Assembly: GCA_963813815.1 (NCBI GenBank)
Contig: CAWFAD010000016.1
Span: forward strand, 320,001 to 384,000
From: an uncultured bacterium
GTDB taxonomy: Bacteria > Krumholzibacteriota > Krumholzibacteriia > Krumholzibacteriales > Krumholzibacteriaceae
Direction: 5' to 3'
Length of the DNA stretch: 64,000 nucleotides
Part shown: positions 60,595 through 64,000 of the stretch, piece by piece
How the letters are laid out: each line of letters begins with the position of its first letter
How positions within the stretch are numbered: position 1 is the first letter of the stretch
The notes under the pieces: generated by a model
What the model saw: the letters and a program-made list of their open reading frames with translations, nothing else
Databases searched by the model: none
What the model was told of the DNA's origin: nothing
Made by a program: the position numbers and the translations under genes

Positions 60595-61005
60595 ATGAGC
60601 GAATTCGAACCGAAGATACTCGTGTTCTCGACCGATACCGTGTCCGATCCGGGGATCGATCTCGCGGGCCGGAACAAGATGCACTATTCGCCGAACGTGT
60701 ACGTGATCACGCTCCCGTGCTCGAGCGGCATCAGGCCCCAGTGGATCGCCCACGCGATCTCCCGCGGTTTCGACGGCGTCTTCATCGCGGCCGACGGAAG
60801 CGACTGCGCGCTCGTTCCCGATTGCACGGCCCGCACGGCGAAAATCGTCGCGGCGGCCCAGACGATGCTCCGGGAGCGCTCGATCGAGCCGCAACGCGTC
60901 AAGATGGCCGCGCTCTGCTCGGTGTGCGCAGAATCCTTTCAGAAACACATGAAGCAGTTCGGCGAGGCCCTGCGCAAGCTCGGGCCCGCGAGGAAACCGG
61001 CCTAG
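60595..61005 (+). CDS. mvhD: MvhD-family iron-sulfur subunit (variant)
   Basis: FEPKILVF, DLAG, LPCSSG, GFDGVFI, KLGP. Confidence 0.85.
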   Translation: MSEFEPKILVFSTDTVSDPGIDLAGRNKMHYSPNVYVITLPCSSGIRPQWIAHAISRGFDGVFIAADGSDCALVPDCTARTAKIVAAAQTMLRERSIEPQRVKMAALCSVCAESFQKHMKQFGEALRKLGPARKPA

Positions 61006-61011
61006 GAAACG

Positions 61012-63807
61012 ATGACGGACGAAAAGGCGCAGACGAAACCCTCAGCGGCGCCGGGCCGCGCCCGCTACGACGCGCTCGTCGTTGGCGGCGGCATCGCCGG
61101 CATGGAGTCGGCGATCAGCCTCGGCGACATGGGATACCGGGTGCTGCTCGTCGAGAAGGAGCCGAGCGTCGGCGGGAAGATGATTCTTCTCAGCAAGGTC
61201 TTTCCGACTCTCGATTGCGCGAGCTGCATCTCGACGCCGAAGATGGCGCTCGCCGCGAGCCATCCGAACATCGACCTGCGCGTGTATTCCGAGGTCAGGG
61301 ATCTGCGCCGCAACGCCGACGGGACGTTCGCCGCCACGGTCGTGCGCAAGCCGACCTTCGTCGATTTCGAAAAATGCACCGGCTGCCAGGACTGCGAAAA
61401 GGTCTGCTCGGTCACCGTTCCGGACGAGTTCAACTTCGACCTCGTGTCGCGCCGCGCGGCGAACATCGCCTTCCCGCAGGCCGTGCCGAAGAAGGCGGTC
61501 ATCACCCGGGAGGGCACCTCGCCCTGCACGTACGCCTGCCCCGTCGGCATCAAGGCCAACGGCTACATCTCGCTCGCACGCCGGGGCGATTTCGAAAAGG
61601 CGTTCAACCTCATCCTGGAGGACGCGCCGCTCGTCGCGAGCCTCGGGCGCGCGTGCTACGCGCCGTGCCAGCCGGAGTGCACGCGCGAGAAGATCGGGGA
61701 CGCGCCGCACATCAAGCTCCTCAAGCGCTTCATCGCCGACTGGTATTACGAGCGGCACCCCGAGCCCGAGCACGGGCCGCCCGCCGAAAAAAGCGGCAAA
61801 CGCGTCGCGATCGTCGGGTCGGGCCCGGCCGGTCTCTCGGCGGCGTATTTTCTCGCGAAGAGGGGGCACGAGGCGGTCGTGTTCGAGGGAGAGGCGAAAG
61901 CGGGCGGGATGCTCAGATCGGGGCTTCCGCCGTACCGGCTGCCGAAGGAAGCCGTCGACCGCGACATCAAGAACGTGACGGCGCTCGGCGTCGAGATTCG
62001 GACCGGCGCGAAGGTCGAGTCGATCGCGGCGCTCCGCGCGCAGGGATTCGACGCGGTGTTCATGTCGGTCGGCGCCCCTCTTCCGAAGAAGCTCCGCATC
62101 GAGGGGGAGGACAACCCCGCCGTCATGAGCGGGATCGCCCTCCTCGCCGAGGCCTCTCTCGGAACGAAGGTCGATCTTTCGGGTAAGCGGGCGATCGTCA
62201 TCGGCGGCGGAAACGTCGCGATCGACGTCGCGCGCACGGCGCGCCGTCTCGGAGCCTCGAACGTGCGCCTCGTGTGCCTCGAAAAGCGCCGCGAGATGCC
62301 CGCGGCGGAGGAAGAAATCCGCGACGCCCTCGCCGAGGGCATAGAGTTCCGCAACGGCCTCGGGCCGAAGCGCATCGTCGTCGCCGGCGGGCGCGTGACG
62401 GGCGTCGAGACGGTGCGCTGCGTCTCGGTGTTCGACCGGGACGGGAGGTTCGCGCCGAGGTTCAACGAGAGGGCGTTGAAGACGCTGCCGGCGGACATCG
62501 TGTTCGTGGCGATCGGACAGGTGTCGCCGACCGCCGCGTTCGCGGCGGACGGCCTCGCGCTCAATCCGAACACGACGATACGAGTCGATCCGCGCACGCT
62601 CGAGACGAGCGTCGCGGGCGTGTTCGCCGGCGGCGAGTCGGTCACGGGCCCCTCGATGATCGTGAGGGCGATGGGACAGGGCAAGAGGGCCGCGTTCTAC
62701 ATCGACCGCCGTCTCCGCGGCGAAACGCTCGAGGGGGTCGAGTTCGAGCCGGCCCTTCCCGCCGTGGACAAGGACGCCGTGCTCGGGCGCCAGACCGTCT
62801 ATCCCTCGATCCGCGTCGAGAAGCGGGAGCTTTCGCCCACGCACCGCGTGCTCAACTTCAGCGAGGTGCAGGAGCCGCTCACCGAGGAGGAGGTCCTCGC
62901 GAGCGCCTCGAATTGCCTCAACTGCGGCATCTGCTCGGAATGCCAGCAGTGCCGAATCGTCTGCCCGGCGGCCGCCGTCGATTTCGGCATGCGGGAGGTC
63001 GAGGAGGCGGTGGAGGCGGGTGTCGTCGTCGTCTCGACCGGTTTCCGTCTCTTTCCCGCCGAGCTCATGGAGCGCTTCGGCTTCGGCGAGCACCGGAACG
63101 TCATCACGGCGATGCAGATGGACCGGCTCGTCGCCCCGACGCGCCCCTACAACCACGTGCTGAGACCCTCGGACGGAAAGGTGCCGGGAAATATCGCCTA
63201 CGTGCTCTGCGCCGGCTCGCGCGATCACACCGTCGACAATCCGATATGCTCGCGCGTCTGCTGTATGTACTCGGTGAAACAGGCGCAGCTTCTGCTCGGC
63301 GCCCTGCCCGTCGCGGACCTGACGCTCTACTACATCGACATCCGCGCCTTCGGCAAGGGGTACGAAGAGTTCTACGAGCAGACCCGGGGGATGGGCGTGC
63401 GCTTCGTGAAGGGGAAGATCGCGAAGATTACGGAGCGGGAAAACGGGAACCTCCTCGTGCGGTACGAGGATATCGACGGCGGCGGGGCCGTCAGGGAAGC
63501 GGAGCACGATCTCGTCGTGCTATCCGTGGGGATGCTCCCGAATCCGGACGCGCTCCGTCTCTTCGCGGACGAAAGGATCGAGGCGGACGACACGCTCTTC
63601 GTCCGCGAGCCCGAGGAGCACGTGAACCCCGGGCGCACGAGCATCGAGGGGGTCTTCGCGGCGGGCACCGCGACGGGCCCGATGGACATACCCGACTCGA
63701 TACTGCACGCGGGAGCGGCGGCCGCGCAGGCCGCTTCCTATCTCGAGCGGTCGAAACGGAGACGCGGGGCCGCGTCATCCGCGGGGGAGGCTCCGGAGCG
63801 GCGATGA
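61012..63807 (+). CDS. HdrA-like protein with GltD-like NAD(P)-binding insertion (HdrL type)
   Basis: GGGIAG, KVFPTLDCASC, CTGCQDC, LGRACYAPC, GSGPAG, GGGNVAID, CLNCGICSEC, CAGSRD, CSRVCC. Confidence 0.9.
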   Translation: MTDEKAQTKPSAAPGRARYDALVVGGGIAGMESAISLGDMGYRVLLVEKEPSVGGKMILLSKVFPTLDCASCISTPKMALAASHPNIDLRVYSEVRDLRRNADGTFAATVVRKPTFVDFEKCTGCQDCEKVCSVTVPDEFNFDLVSRRAANIAFPQAVPKKAVITREGTSPCTYACPVGIKANGYISLARRGDFEKAFNLILEDAPLVASLGRACYAPCQPECTREKIGDAPHIKLLKRFIADWYYERHPEPEHGPPAEKSGKRVAIVGSGPAGLSAAYFLAKRGHEAVVFEGEAKAGGMLRSGLPPYRLPKEAVDRDIKNVTALGVEIRTGAKVESIAALRAQGFDAVFMSVGAPLPKKLRIEGEDNPAVMSGIALLAEASLGTKVDLSGKRAIVIGGGNVAIDVARTARRLGASNVRLVCLEKRREMPAAEEEIRDALAEGIEFRNGLGPKRIVVAGGRVTGVETVRCVSVFDRDGRFAPRFNERALKTLPADIVFVAIGQVSPTAAFAADGLALNPNTTIRVDPRTLETSVAGVFAGGESVTGPSMIVRAMGQGKRAAFYIDRRLRGETLEGVEFEPALPAVDKDAVLGRQTVYPSIRVEKRELSPTHRVLNFSEVQEPLTEEEVLASASNCLNCGICSECQQCRIVCPAAAVDFGMREVEEAVEAGVVVVSTGFRLFPAELMERFGFGEHRNVITAMQMDRLVAPTRPYNHVLRPSDGKVPGNIAYVLCAGSRDHTVDNPICSRVCCMYSVKQAQLLLGALPVADLTLYYIDIRAFGKGYEEFYEQTRGMGVRFVKGKIAKITERENGNLLVRYEDIDGGGAVREAEHDLVVLSVGMLPNPDALRLFADERIEADDTLFVREPEEHVNPGRTSIEGVFAAGTATGPMDIPDSILHAGAAAAQAASYLERSKRRRGAASSAGEAPERR

Positions 63808-64000
63808 GCGAACGGGAACGGAAGATCGGCGTCTACATCTGCCACTGCGGGGGAAACATCTCCGACTACGTGGACGTCGACAAGGTCCGCGAGGAGGTCG
63901 AGCGGGAGACGGGCGTCAAGGTCGCGAAGACGTCGCTTTTCACCTGCTCCGACGCGTCGCAGCAGGAGATCATGAAGGACATCAGGGAGCAGGGGCTCGA
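63804..64000 (+). CDS. hdrA: HdrA-family protein, N-terminal part (truncated by the window edge)
   Basis: ATGA overlap; KIGVYICHCGGNISDYVD..FTCS. Confidence 0.85.
   Translation, partial: MSERERKIGVYICHCGGNISDYVDVDKVREEVERETGVKVAKTSLFTCSDASQQEIMKDIREQGL

Noticed and set aside
61042..63507. 821-aa minus-strand ORF
   Set aside because: Antisense shadow of the HdrL-like gene

Overview
GC-rich bacterial chromosomal window. FlgD-Ig/T9SS-type C-terminal domains, 'TWGxIKxxYR' C-termini and TPR-bearing Ser/Thr kinases suggest an FCB-group lineage such as Ca. Krumholzibacteriota/Latescibacterota (inference). Contents from left to right: (1) an array of secreted-protein and Ser/Thr kinase genes separated by four copies of an ungapped 43-bp repeat; (2) a cyclic beta-1,2-glucan synthase broken by about 40 mostly +1 frameshifts, probably long-read error; (3) a complete IS3 element; (4) an L,D-transpeptidase / Lpp-like lipoprotein / YafK(DpaA)-like trio; (5) a TPP riboswitch controlling a PurM/HypE-fold gene, with a divergent atypical TrxB-like + RlmN-like pair; (6) metabolic and envelope genes; (7) an operon of an RRE-like radical SAM/SPASM enzyme, a membrane protein with a cytoplasmic (Cys-Ala)n tail, a TPM lipoprotein and LemA, which is the best candidate for an undescribed protein-modification system; (8) a lipoprotein with five pilin-head-like repeats; (9) a Moco-sulfurase-like desulfurase divergent from tusA-arsR-mvhD-hdrL-hdrA. 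No tRNA, rRNA or CRISPR array was seen. All family calls come from motif recognition by eye, not from database searches.
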